Shown piece after piece: positions 1 to 13,456 of a stretch of 64,000 bases of DNA. Under the pieces are notes generated by a model that searched no databases, was not told where the DNA came from, and saw only the letters and a list, made by a program, of their open reading frames with translations. The stretch spans positions 40,796,001 to 40,860,000 of the forward strand of contig OZ024756.1 in assembly GCA_964016885.1 (NCBI GenBank), in the 5' to 3' direction. Position numbers and translations under genes: made by a program. The first letter of the stretch is position 1. Each line of letters begins with the position of its first letter. Origin of the DNA: Eledone cirrhosa (Eukaryota).

Positions 1-93
1 CATCATCATCATCACCGTTTTACGTCCGTTCTTCCACGCTAGCATGGGTTAGACGGGTTGTCCTGTTGTGGGCAGTGTCTGGTCGGCTGACCA

Positions 94-293
94 NNNNNNN
101 NNNNNNNNNNNNNNNNNNNNNNNNNNNNNNNNNNNNNNNNNNNNNNNNNNNNNNNNNNNNNNNNNNNNNNNNNNNNNNNNNNNNNNNNNNNNNNNNNNNN
201 NNNNNNNNNNNNNNNNNNNNNNNNNNNNNNNNNNNNNNNNNNNNNNNNNNNNNNNNNNNNNNNNNNNNNNNNNNNNNNNNNNNNNNNNNNNNN
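94..293. other. Assembly gap (N run)
   Basis: 200 consecutive n characters. Confidence 0.99.
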
Positions 294-1788
294 ATATATA
301 TATATATATATTATAATATATATATATATATTATAATATATATATATATATTATAATATAATATATATATATATATTATATTATATTATAATATAATATA
401 TATATATATATTATATTATAATATAATATAATATATATATATATATTATATTATAATATATTATATATATATTATAATATATATATATATATTATAATAT
501 ATATATATATATTATAATATATATATATATATTATAATATATATATATATATTATAATATATATATATATATTATAATATATATATATATATTATAATAT
601 ATATATATATATTATAATATATATATATATATTATAATATATATATATATATTATAATATATATATATATAATAATATATATATATATATTATAATATAT
701 ATATATATATTATAATATATATATATTTATTATAATATATATATATATATTATAATATATATATATATATGTATAATATAATATATATATATATATTATA
801 TTATATATAATATAATATATATATAGTATATTATATTATAATATAATATAATATATATATATATATTATATTATAATATATATATATATATTATAAGTAT
901 GAGTATATATATATTATAATATATATATATATATTATAATATATATATATATATTATAATATATATATATATATTATAATATATATATATATATTATAAT
1001 ATATATATATATATTATAATATATATATATATATTATAATATATATATATATATTATAATATATATATATATATTATAATATATATATATATATTATAAT
1101 ATATATATTTATATTATAATATATATATTTATATTATAATATATATATTTATATTATATATATATTTATATTATAATATATATATATTATAATATTTATA
1201 TTATATATATATATATTATAATATATATATATATATATTATATTATAATATATATATATATATATTATATTATAATATATATATATATATTATATTATAA
1301 TATATATATATATATATATATTATATTATATATATATATATATATATTATATTATAATATATATATATATATATATTATAATATATATATATATATATAT
1401 TATAATATATATATATATTATAATATATATATATATTATAATATATATATATATTATAATATATATATATATATATATTATAATATATATATATATATAT
1501 ATTATAATATATATATATATTATAATATATATATATATATATTATAATATATATATATATATATATTATAATATATATATATATTATAATATATATATAT
1601 ATTATAATATATATATATATATATATTATAATATATATATATATATATATTATAATATATATATATATATTATATTATAATATATATATATATATTATAT
1701 TATAATATATATATATATATTATATTATAATATATATATATATTATATTATAATATATATATATATATTATAATATATATATATATAT

Positions 1789-1826
<38 letters not shown>

Positions 1827-2289
1827 ATATATATATATATTATAATATATATATATATATATATTATATTATAATATATATATATATATTATATTATAAT
1901 ATATATATATATATTATATTATAATATATATATATATATTATATTATAATATATATATATATATTATATTATAATATATATATTATATTATAATATATAT
2001 ATATATATTATATTATAATATATATATTATATTATAATATATATATATATTATAATATATATATATATATATATTATATTATAATATATATATATATTAT
2101 AATATATATATATATATATATTATATTATAATATATATATATATATATATATATTATATTATAATATATATATATATATATATTATATTATAATATATAT
2201 ATATATATATATTATATTATAATATATATATATATATATTATATTATAATATATATATATATATATATATATTATATTATAATATATAT

Positions 2290-2320
<31 letters not shown>

Positions 2321-2337
2321 TATATTATAATATATAT

Positions 2338-2368
<31 letters not shown>

Positions 2369-3200
2369 TATATTATAATATATATATTATATTATAATAT
2401 ATATATATATATATATTATATTATAATATATATATATATATATATTATATTATAATATATATATATTATATTATAATATATATATATATATATTATATTA
2501 TAATATTATATTATAATATATATATATATATATATTATATTATAATATATATATATTATATTATAATATATATATATATATATTATATTATAATATATAT
2601 ATATATATATATTATATTATAATATATATATATTATATTATAATATATATATATTATATTATAATATATATATATTATATTATAATATATATATATTATA
2701 TTATAATATATATATATTATATTATAATATATATATATATATTATATTATAATATATATATATTATATTATAATATATATATATATATATTATATTATAA
2801 TATATATATATTATATTATAATATATATATATATATATATTTATAATATATATATATATTATATTATATTATAATATATATATATTATATTATAATATAT
2901 ATATATATATATATTATATTATAATATATATATATATATATATATTATATTATAATATATATATATATATAATATATATATATATATATTATATTATAAT
3001 ATATATATATATATTATATTATAATATATATATATATATATATTATATTATAATATATATATATATATATATTATATTATAATATATATATATATATATA
3101 TTATATTATAATATATATATATATATATTATAATATATATATATATATATTATATTATAATATATATATATATATTATATTATAATATATATATATATAT
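294..3200. repeat. ~2.9 kb degenerate (TA)n / TTATAA(TA)n simple satellite
   Basis: Almost purely A/T; (TA)n blocks punctuated by TTATAA or TTATATTATAA; abuts the gap. Confidence 0.97.
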
Positions 3201-3277
3201 GATCTTTTACCTATAATATATGTGTACCTGGCACTTCTGAAAAAAAAAAAACCCAGTTAAATCCTTTGTTTTGAAGA

Positions 3278-3283
3278 TTTATT
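3278..3283 (-). terminator. Putative poly(A) signal of SerRS
   Basis: AATAAA on the minus strand ~190 nt after the stop, followed by a T-rich tract. Confidence 0.55.
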
Positions 3284-3471
3284 GTTGCAATAATATTTAA
3301 TTATTTCTCTTTTGCAGCCATTAAACACAGGAAGCAAAACAACATTGTACAAAGCTTTTCTCTTTTTACAATAAAGTTAGTATTTATGTTTGTTGAAGCC
3401 AACAATACATGGAGTGGTCCTTAATTTTTGAAAGACTGGCTACAACAAATAAAAGCAGTCTTGGAGATAAA

Positions 3472-3572
3472 TCAGCTCTTTATATTCATCTTCTTCATGT
3501 TCTTTGACAGCTGTTTCTTCTCTAGTTCTTCAATAGGAGCAGCTTTCACAAAAGGGATTTTCTCTTTGTAAC
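3472..3572 (-). CDS. SARS1: SerRS exon 11 (terminal)
   Basis: (G)[32 protein letters not shown]; acceptor TTTCTAG; TGA at 3474-3472. Confidence 0.92.
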
Positions 3573-6500
3573 CTAGAAAATGACATAAAAATGACAATTA
3601 GAAGGACATGGACTGCTGATAGGGTTGTTGGGCTTACTACAGCATACATGTGATGGCTTAGTGGTTAGAGCATTAGGCTTGCAATCGAAAGGTTGTGAGT
3701 TCAATTCTCGGACCGGGTGATGTGTTGTTTCCTTGAGCAAGGCACTTTATTCCACGCTGCTCCAGTTTACTCAGCTGGAGAAATGAGATGATAGGACTGG
3801 AGTCCCTATCATTAAATTACCCAAGACACCTCCAACGAGATATACCTTGGAGGCCAGCTAAATCTGCATAGGTGTGAGCTGTCCACACACTACAGCATAC
3901 TATGAGTAACAGCAATAGCTGGGATGTTAACTCTGTGAGGGAGCCTTGTATAACACCATGAAAACCAGGATAAGCAACAGACTTGAGACTTTTCAAACAA
4001 AATTAAAGCTGAAGTCAACTGACCTTTTGGCATAAATGCATGTAACACTTCAGGAACGAGAACACCATCTTCTGTTTGGAAGTTCTCCAATATTGCACAA
4101 ATAGTACGAGTTGTTGCACACATTGTAGCATTGAGCATATGTACATATTCAACCTTAGAAATGGAAAAAATAATGCAAGGTTTAGTCAAGAGAATAACAG
4201 CACATTTTTGCAAGAAAGTTATATATTTTTTCTAATTTTCCATGGGAAATGCCAATTATAATATATATATTGCTTGTATTCTTCCAAATCAAAACGAAAA
4301 AACCCAAAAGCTGATGCACAAGTTACACTACCTCCATATTTATACATCTCAGCTGGTATTACATCATCACCAGGTGATTTACCTGATACTATTTGTCAAA
4401 GTTCAATTAAAGGAATTTAGTTGACATCATGATCCACAACAGATGAAGAATTTAAAACTGTTTCAAAGTGTTGGGTTAAGAATATTACTTTTATCAATTA
4501 GCAAAGTAGATCTCTCTGATGTTAATACTGGTGAGGACCTTAAACCTCTTTTATAGATCAGCAGCAGTTTGAAGCTCACCTCTTGTCTTTCATTTCTCTC
4601 AAGGTCCATTGAACAGTTTGTTTACAGTCCAAGTATTTATTTATTGTTGGCAATCCATACTTCAGGAGAGGAGTGACTATATTTCTGTATTATTTTCACT
4701 GAACCAATCTTGATTCTTACACTTTGGCAGAGCAAGAGTTTCCAGTAAAGCAGAATATATTCCTTGAGATTTTCCCACGATTCTTTAATATTTCCAGAAA
4801 GTCACAAGTTAACCAAAGTTACATTTAATAGAAATCTCAAAACCTCTGTTCCACAGCGTCAATGTTTTTGTTCTGGCAACTTACTGAAATATAAATGTTT
4901 GCTAAGACAACCCGAATATAGACATTCATCTTTACGTACCTCTTGGTTCATCTTCTTTGTTTGGCCATACCGCACCTTGAGGCGCCGTGCCTGGTAGTCT
5001 GTACAGTTGGAGCAGGAGACCAATTCACGGAATGCTCCAGATCCTGGGAACCATGCTTCTAAGTCAAGTTTTTTAGCAGCAGCGTTGTTAAGGGCACCTG
5101 AAAGAATTCATAGTTTAAAAAGTGATGAATTGATATTGGTAGAGAAAGTATGGAACACCAACTGTAATTTAACCCTTTAGTTACGAACCTGGCCAAAACC
5201 AGTTCTGGTTCTATGAAATAAAACCCATTTTAAATTCAAATCTTCGAACATTACATTAAGTTACTATCTTACTAATGAAATAATTAATAATTTTAGTAAA
5301 TCCCTCGAAATTCTTCATATATTAATTAAAACAGTGGTCATGAAAGGGTTAAGATGTTCGCATTGCAAACTACACATGCTTTTGATACCAACTGGTTTTT
5401 AGGTACATTTGGTCTTGAAGTTTGCTCTGTTACAAGAACAATTCAGTACACATCACCTATAGCAAGACACCTGTCAAAGTTTATTCCTCGTCACAGGTTT
5501 AGAAAGAAAGGTAAATTACCTGAGACTATATTAACAATCCGATATGGAATTCCTAAAGACTTGGTGAAGTTTTCAGCATTGTTTATCATTTCATCAAACA
5601 TTTCCCAAGATTTGTTGTCATGAGGAGAAGTCAGTACAAACTGTTCCACCTGAAATAAGAAATCATAATCATTTTTATGTCCACCTTTCCTTTCTGGTAT
5701 GGGTTGGACAAGACTTTTTGAAGCAGTGTTTTACTGCAAGTTGCATTGCCTAACTCCAATCCCTTTAGTCACCTATTGCAACATGTAAGGATATGGTGTA
5801 CCTTATTCTAAAAACTGGGGAGCACACAATATAGAAGAAGACAGATGAATTGTAGCTATAAACCAAGGGTGGGGAACCCACAATAATTAAGGCCTTTAAA
5901 TGTAGCTTTCTAGAAGTCTGGATTTTGCATTCAAAATATATTTATGTTGATTACATTTTATTATATTTAGAGTCAATAACAAACTGGCAGTCTTGGAATA
6001 TTCTACAAGTGTCATAGCCATGGACCCCAACTTCTTGGCAGAAATGTAAACACCTGTCAATTATACAGTAGCTCCCACTGCTTGCTGTAATCATAAAATC
6101 ATAATCACCTTTTTATATATTTACCTTTTCAAACTGGTGGACTCTGAATATTCCCCGAGTGTCGCGACCATGGGAACCAACTTCTTGACGGAAACATGTT
6201 GAATAGCCAGCATAACGAAGTGGAAGAGATTCTGTGGCAAGCCACTCATCCCGATGGAAGGCAGCAATTGGTTGTTCAGATGTAGCAATCAGATATTTCT
6301 CATCAATCGTACCATCATCACTCTTTTCACTATCTTTACCAATTACCTGAGGAAACAGAGAAAGTTTCTGAAACACTCCCACACACATTACTCTATATAT
6401 ATTATTGTATTTTCATAGTAAAGGCTTTACCTCACATAACATTTACATTACTTTATATATACTATTATGTGGATTGGCAGTATCGATAGAGAGTCGGACA

Positions 6501-7172
6501 CCATGCTTTGAAGCATAGAGTTACGTCCCTTTATGATCTGAGTTCAAATCCCGCCGAGGTTAACTTTGCCTTTCATCTTTATGGGGTCGATAAAGTAAAG
6601 TACCAGTAATACACTGAGTAATTGATGGCCTTGTGCCAAAAGTAGAAACAATTATATTTTCACAGTAAAGTCTTTACCTCACATAACATTTACATTACCC
6701 TATATATACTATTGTATTTTCACAGTAAAGGCTTTACCTCACATAACATTTACATTACTCTATATATACTATTGTATTTTCACGGTAAAGGCTTTACCTC
6801 ATATAATTAATTTTGAGAACAATACCTTAACAGTATGAGGGGCCAGTTACAGCCAGTTTGAACAGAAAGAGGTAAGAGAATTCTGGCCAGATATGGCTGG
6901 TTTAAATGTTAAAGGGTTACACTGTATCTCCTGATGAAGGACTAATGTCAGATGAAAGAGAGAGTTCAATATATCAAAGTGTGAACCTAATAATATTGTT
7001 TCTACTTTTGGCACAAGGCCAGCAATTATCCCAGTGTATTACTGGTGCTTTATTTTATCGACCTTGTAAGGATGAAAGGCAAAGTTAACCTCAGACCATA
7101 AAGGGCCGTAACTCTGTGCTGCAAAGCAAGGCGTCTGATACTGCCAAATTGTTTTCTATATCTGTGTCTGTC

Positions 7173-7207
<35 letters not shown>

Positions 7208-10200
7208 CATCTGTTTGTAATGGCTACAATAATCCAGCAATGATGAAAATTTGGTCCTAGTCCCTCCACCTGGCCTCAGATTAAATAAAACTGTCAAGAA
7301 TTACCTTGTATAATTCTTCGTCAAATTGAGACAGTTGGGCAACTTCCCGCATCACATCTTTACGCATAAAGAATGGAGTATAGAGTGGTACAAAGCCTTG
7401 CTCATGAAGCAAGTTCAAAGCATGGTTTATCAATGCTTGTTCCAAAAACACAAGGGGTCCCTAAAAAAATAAAATATATCAACCACACAGTTTTTAAATG
7501 TTGTAATAAGATATGTTCATTGGTGCAGAGTGAAGAGAGACAATGGGTTAACATGTAAATAGGATGTGTGTAGGGATGAGAAGAGACATGTTTTATTATC
7601 ATCACAGATTAATATGTATATTCCCTCCTACCAAGGGCTGGATGTGTCATCACAGACTGGTCAGTACTCAAGTAGAGCCCTTTCTAACATCGAGGTGGAC
7701 CAAGTGCATTTTATCATGACACCAACACTAGGGAGGTTGTCATGTTTATTGCACAGCTGAAGAGTCCTCTCATCTCTTTGTTTAGCATGTCCTCTATAAC
7801 TGGATACCCTTGCTGTCACCAACCACTTTACAGAGTGTACTGGGTGTGTTTATTGTGTAAATTACCAACACCCAGGAGGTTGTCCAGTCTATGGCACAGC
7901 TGAAGATTCCTCCTGACTCTTATAGTCAATATTTGCAGGACTTTCATGAGGTGCAAATATGTTGCACACGGAGAGGGGTGTATATTGAGGAATGTAGACA
8001 CTTTGTTCCACATCACCATTATAGATTCTAAGTGTCTGTAGATGCCTTCTGCAACTGTTCCAAGCAGCTATGTCCTCTGGTCACCTCCCACAGATTTCTG
8101 ATGGTACCCAGACCTTGACCAATCTGGTACGAGAGTCACTTTTGTTGGTCATTGCATATTTCCTGATGGTGCCCATCCCCTCTCCAGGAATGGATGGCCA
8201 TTGGCTCACTTGGAGCTCATCCATCCATTGTCAGATCTGGGTGTCCCACACTCTCACCACCTGACAGGTCCTAGCCATATTCCACATGTCATAGTTTATT
8301 TGGAGAAAGGGAACAGGTACCAAAACCTCTAAGAAATGTAACCAAACTAATATATTTCAGGTTTATTTCTTTGAAACTTATTTTTTACCTGACCATTAAA
8401 CTCCACCTTACAATGAAGGAGCCTCTTCATAGTAATTTTATTTGCTAGAAATAATAGTCAAATCATACCTAATCATCATAGAAGCACTAATAACAGCTGT
8501 ACTTACTTTTAAATAGTAGCCACGTCCTCCTGCAGTGACAGTTCCTCTTTCGTTATCAACTCCATCCACCATCACAACAAGGTCCACATGAGAATATTTT
8601 TTCTTTGAAGTTGTGTCCCCAACCAAACGTTCCAAACCATTTTCATCCTTGACAACAAAAACAAAAAAACATTTAAAAAATTATAAGAAATTATTAGATG
8701 CAGGATTTATGTATGGACCCCGTAACTCTACCCAGGCCTCAACTTAGTAGATATCTACCAGGAGAGACACAGAGGGGAAATGTAGAAGGAATCAATCCCA
8801 GTATGTTTTTTATCGATGTCGAAAGGATGAAAAGTTGACCTCGGCAGGGATTTGAATTGAGAGAGCAGAGAATGAAATAACTGAAACGAGTACTGCAAAG
8901 CATTCCATCTGATGTTCTAATAACTCTGCTAATTTGCCTCACTGGAAATGATGATGATGCTAACTTACCTCATTATTACTGATGACACACGACTCATGAA
9001 GAAGATTACCAATCTCTTTCAAAGCTTCATTACGTTGGGTTTCATACACCAACATGTCAGCTGTGTTTTGTTTCATCATCTCATCTAGTTTCGTGGCAAT
9101 TTTCTTCACTTGCTTCACATTAAATTCCTGAAATCATATAAATGTTGTGTATAGCTTTATATATATATACTAGATCGTGTAGGTGTCACGTCAAAAAAAC
9201 ACACAGTCCACGCTGTAATGTGGCCGTGTAGGTAACACGGTAAAAAGTTCCCAGCCCACACTGTAAATGTGGTTGGTGTTAGGAAGGGCATCCAGCCGTA
9301 GGAAACCTGCCAGATAGTCCTATACGAGCGAGACAGTCACCCGACCAATCTTGTCTCAAGTGGGACAACTCCCGTCTAACCCATGCTAGCGTGGAAGATA
9401 GACGTTAAACGATGATGGTGATACTAAATGATGAATCAGGAACAACAACAGCAGTCACATCAACAATAAACAGTTATGGTTATTTTACAGTTAGCATTTC
9501 ATTGCAAATATTTTGTAGACTTACTCGTAACTTATCTTGATTAAGTTCTTCAATTTCGTTGAATACATTCTCAGGAATGGTATCATCATCACCAACAGGT
9601 TCCTTTTTCTGCGAACAATATAGAAATTATTAGCATCAGTTCATACAGAAAAGATAGAGATACAAATATATATATATTTATCTATCTATCTATCTATAAT
9701 CATGAAGTACAAGTCAATAGGTTATAATTCACTTTGTTTATTCATAATTGAAACAAAGTGAATTATAACCTGTTGACTTGTACTTCATGAATATAATACT
9801 CCGGAATAAACATACCCAGTTGTGTACTTCATTGAGTGCTCTACCCTGCATACTTAAGTACCGGTGATAAACTAACACATACTCTAATTAATAATTTATA
9901 TATATGTGCAAATGAACATCTCCAGAAAATGTTCATCACGTAAAATTCTACATAGACTCTAGTCTATTTCAATGTCAGTAATGGTTGAATGAGTGAGCGT
10001 CACTGATGAAAGGTTAAATCTTGCTTGAAACAGTACTGTCTGGCATTCTCCACTGTACTGACACATTGTGTGATATATTCAGAGAAAAATAATTTTCTTT
10101 GCTAAACCATATGTTTATAAATGTATAGTATATATGTTTTCATATAAACCCCTATTATGCTTAAACACTTTATAAACAATGATGATGTGGAAGCATATGA

Positions 10201-13200
10201 AATATTCTCTCAGTTATGAGTTTTTAAAAAACAATGGAAACAAATGTGTAAATTTGTAGAATATATCCAACCCATATCATTTAACCCTTTAGCATTTATA
10301 TTACTCTATAGATACTATTGTATTTTCACGGTAAAGGCTTTATGTTAATTATCTCACATAACATTTATATTACTCTATATATACTATTGTATTTTCATGG
10401 TAAAGGCTTTATCTTACATAATATCTCACATAATATCGATTCTACGAGATTTTGATGTTATTTATTTTGAGAACAATACCTTAACATCAGTATGAGCGAC
10501 CAGTTATGGCCGATTTGAACAGAAAGAAGTGAGAGAATTCTGGCTGGATTTGGCTGCTATAAAGGCTAAAGGGTTAATAGAAAATCTCAAATATAAGAAA
10601 AAGGATTTCAAAATAACAAAAAACAAATAAACTGACCTTCATTTTCTCACCAACCACTTTGTTGCATTGGTTTCTGAGTTTATTTAACTGGTCAGCTCGG
10701 AACCGTACTGTTAACAGAACACAAAATATAGTAATATTACTGAAACATTCACAGGTTTATTGTTACTGGTCAGTATACTGTGAGTTTATTTAACTGGTCA
10801 GATCGGAACCATACTGTTAACAGAACACATTATGTTTACATGTCTAGTTCTATCAGGCCAACTACCTCCTTACAAAATTGTCTTGGTGCTTAGTAAAAAA
10901 AAAAACTTGAAACTAACTACTTAAAACAAGAGAAAACTTTGCCACCAGTGGAGTACTTAAAACCAATGGTAATCTTCCAAATAAATTGCATTAGCCACTA
11001 GAGTAGTACTTAAATTAGTAATCTTCCAAATTGTATTAGCTACTGGTATAATACTTAAATAGTAACCTTCTAAATAAATTGTATTAGCTACTGGTATAAT
11101 ACTTAAATAGTAACCTTCTAAATAAATTGTATTAGCTACTGGTAAGGGTGTTGGACTTACGATCATAATGTTGTGGGTTCGATTCCTGGACAGGATTGTA
11201 TGTTGTGTTCTGGAGCAAAATACTTTATTTCACATTGCTCCAGTATACTCAGCTGAAAATGAGTACCAGTAATAGCTGGGAGGTTTATATCTGTGATGGA
11301 CTGGTGTACTCTCAGACCAGACTTTAGACTGGCATAGAGTCGAATATTGCTTCAATTGGCCCCTGTCTTACTACAAAACTTATTTATATTTCTAAGATAA
11401 AAAATAAAACTGGACATTTTGTGCAGGTCAAAAGCCAAATATGTTTATAACTGAACTACCAAAACTAATGTTAGCCTACCCTCCCTCCTTCCTGGGATTA
11501 GTAAATACCTATAATGGCTCTTGTGGTGCATTACATTGTCATGTGACCTTTAAACATTTAACTAGTTGCTGCAGAGCTGTCTGTCTGTCAGGAGAAACTT
11601 GACCAGAGCAGTTTAATAACAAAACTAGACACACATTTGGCAAATGTTAACCAATCAATAACAACAATGTTACAGATGCTGGTTTTTCAGGACACCCATT
11701 ATTTTTGTTTCTTATCCAAATCCTCCTCATCAAACAATTTACATTTAACACATTCCCCCCTTCATCACACAGATTTACTATGATGTTATACCATTTCTAG
11801 AGAGAATACACTGCAGTAGTGTTCCTACTGCGATCTCTAGATCATCTGGCTAAAACATACCAGCTTAAAACAAAACTCCCTTTAGCTATATAGGTAAATA
11901 GTGTTATAAAAGTCAATTTACTAAAGGAGCAAACGGTGATAAATAATAGGGGCAAGTCCTGAAGGTGATCAAATAAACGACTTGTTTTGCAAGTCAGTAG
12001 CTCCACTTGAGTACTGACCTCTGTTTCACAAAAAGAGGTTTTCCCTAAGGAAACTAAGGACCAGCAACTGGGGTATGGCTTACAGTAATACCCATCTCCC
12101 CTCCATGACCAACATTAAGTGGAATACATGAAACATCTTCACATATGCTATTGTAATACGTGGGTCAACACACTACAACGATGTCAGGGCCTTTGGTAGT
12201 GGCACTAACCACTGTCACCTTTCTAGTACAATATGTGGTTGATAAGTGGAGAGGTAATGAAGAAAATATGGTTTGGGCGGCTTAGCATGAAACTATTTTT
12301 AATGTTTTTCTTTAATACCATTACAATGTTTTATCAATTATCTTTCAATAGGTTCATTGTATAACGTGTTCCTATGTCTTGCTAAAGAAATGATTATTTT
12401 CATTTTAATTATCTATATCGATCTACCAACTTAGTAATGTATGGTCGTTATGAAGAACATATTTCGAAAGTCTGCTTCCTTTCTCTACACAGGTTAAGTA
12501 GAAGTATTTTCTGTGAAAATGCATTGACAATAAAATATCTAAACAAGAAATTGAGATTATATATCGATTTGAATAGTTATTACGAAATTAAATTACACAA
12601 TATGTGTGTATAATCGAGATTTATTGTCTAGGAATCCTAAAAATAAATCAAACGTAAATAACATAAAAGCTACAAAATCAATGAACGAATAAAGTAAAAA
12701 AATCAACGTTTTGAAACTTGATCCGACAAATATCTCATTGTCCGGATTTACATTGTTTAAACTAGCGGTAGTTTTAAACATTAAATCACAGCAATTCTAA
12801 TTTCTTGATAGTATGTTCCTATTTAAACTAATCCCCTAAAATACTACGAATCTTGCAGTTATAAATATTAAACGATAAGTTCTCCCATTTGGGTTTTTTC
12901 ATATAAAACCTGAGCAACCTCAGAGAGAAGTGGACTTCGGAATAAGTAATATATATATATAATTTTGAGTGTGTTGGTTGTTTCTATATATTTCTTTCAT
13001 TTTCCCCTCGCTTTGATTATATATTTTTGTATATACGTATATATATTATACTTTGGGAGGGTCATGTCCCTCCTATAACAATGTTTCAACACGTTTTCAG
13101 ATACGAAAAAACAAAACAAATTCGAAAACGAAATATATATATATATATATACATTTCCTCGCTTTGGGATAAGAAATGTGAAAATAACTCGAGGGTATAA

Positions 13201-13456
13201 AATAAAACTAAATAATTCAATCAAATAAGACAATCGGAAGCGAATGATGCAATAGGTGGAAAAAGAAAGCCATTTATTTTGAACAAGTAAAGCTAAAGTA
13301 TTCATTGATCGTTTACTTACATTTTCTCCATTGGCTGTCGTTCTCTGACACACTGTCAACAATGTTGACATCTTTAAATCTTTTTATTTGATTCTGACGT
13401 ATCTTTTCCGGATCTCCGCCTTTATCGGCACGGAATAGTTCCAGATCTAGGACCAT
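3472..13456 (-). CDS. SARS1: Cytosolic seryl-tRNA synthetase, whole gene span (11 exons, 495 aa)
   Basis: Exons join in frame with GT-AG introns: 136+71+84+159+141+156+222+130+158+130+101 = 1488 nt. N-terminus [20 protein letters not shown]; class II motifs [65 protein letters not shown]. Confidence 0.97.
3648..3890 (+). mobile_element. tRNA-derived SINE with CORE-like central domain (family A)
   Basis: A box TGGCTTAGTGG, B box GAGTTCAATTC, central CCTTGAGCAAGGCACTTTA, (CA)n-like tail; near-identical copy at 56485-56730. Confidence 0.85.
4024..4153 (-). CDS. SARS1: SerRS exon 10
   Basis: [43 protein letters not shown](G) (motif 3). Confidence 0.95.
4940..5097 (-). CDS. SARS1: SerRS exon 9
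   Basis: (G)[52 protein letters not shown]; donor GTACGT. Confidence 0.96.
5173..5348. mobile_element. TTAA-flanked MITE remnant (piggyBac-type ends)
   Basis: TTAA|CCCTTT ... AAAGGG|TTAA. Confidence 0.55.
5520..5649 (-). CDS. SARS1: SerRS exon 8
   Basis: [43 protein letters not shown](G); TTTCAG/GTAATT. Confidence 0.95.
6125..6346 (-). CDS. SARS1: SerRS exon 7
   Basis: [35 protein letters not shown]...[23 protein letters not shown] (motif 2). Confidence 0.96.
6469..6653 (+). mobile_element. tRNA-derived SINE (family B)
   Basis: GGATTGGCAGTATCG...GAGTTCAAATCCCGCCGAGG...GGCCTTGTGCCAAAAGTAGAAACAATT; matches the copies at 13663 and 56100. Confidence 0.85.
6995..7147 (-). mobile_element. SINE family B, inverted copy
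   Basis: Reverse complement of family B (TTTCTACTTTTGGCACAAGGCCAGCAATT...GATACTGCCA) with an internal deletion. Confidence 0.8.
7305..7460 (-). CDS. SARS1: SerRS exon 6
   Basis: [52 protein letters not shown] (motif 1); TTTAG/GTAATT. Confidence 0.95.
8507..8647 (-). CDS. SARS1: SerRS exon 5
   Basis: [47 protein letters not shown]; AAG acceptor, GTAAGT donor. Confidence 0.92.
8969..9127 (-). CDS. SARS1: SerRS exon 4
   Basis: [53 protein letters not shown]; TTTCAG/GTAAG boundaries. Confidence 0.93.
9175..9422 (+). mobile_element. Retroposon 3' end with (GAT)n tail (family C, RTE-like tail)
   Basis: GTGGTTGGTGTTAGGAAGGGCATCCAGCCGTAG...CCCATGCTAGCGTGGAAGATAGACGTTAAACGATGATG; related pieces at 1-93 (-), 15500-15675, 30845-31040, 33915-34118, 40900-41000 and 52990-53145. 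Confidence 0.7.
9525..9608 (-). CDS. SARS1: SerRS exon 3
   Basis: [28 protein letters not shown]; CAG/GTAAGT boundaries. Confidence 0.92.
9700..9790. repeat. Foldback inverted repeat (40-bp arms, 11-nt loop)
   Basis: TCATGAAGTACAAGTCAATAGGTTATAATTCACTTTGTTT pairs with AAACAAAGTGAATTATAACCTGTTGACTTGTACTTCATGA; 1 mismatch. Confidence 0.92.
9991..10050 (+). ncRNA. Minimal type I hammerhead-ribozyme-like motif
   Basis: CTGATGA (10003-09), weak stem II (AAG..CTT), GAAAC, palindrome ACAGTACTGT, GTC triplet, stem I GTCA/TGGC. Confidence 0.55.
10285..10573. mobile_element. piggyBac-type MITE
   Basis: TTAA|CCCTTTAGC ... GCTAAAGGG|TTAA (9-bp TIR, TTAA TSD); a related, internally tandem-expanded and SINE-interrupted copy lies at ~6385-6919. 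Confidence 0.75.
10637..10707 (-). CDS. SARS1: SerRS exon 2
   Basis: Acceptor TTAACAG, phase 1; (L)[23 protein letters not shown]; donor GTCAGT. Confidence 0.92.
10975..11143. repeat. ~48-bp minisatellite, ~3.5 copies
   Basis: Unit TATTAGCTACTGGTATAATACTTAAATAGTAACCTTCTAAATAAATTG. Confidence 0.8.
13321..13456 (-). CDS. SARS1: SerRS exon 1
   Basis: ATG at 13456; [45 protein letters not shown]; donor GTAAGT at 13320. Confidence 0.95.

Noticed and set aside
66-356. ORFs spanning the N gap and other short ORFs over (TA)n/(CA)n/(ATT)n tracts
   Set aside because: Gap or microsatellite translations without coding signal.
3648-3720. tRNA gene-like sequence (A and B boxes)
   Set aside because: Head of a multi-copy SINE continuing into a CORE-like domain; no proper acceptor stem or terminator.
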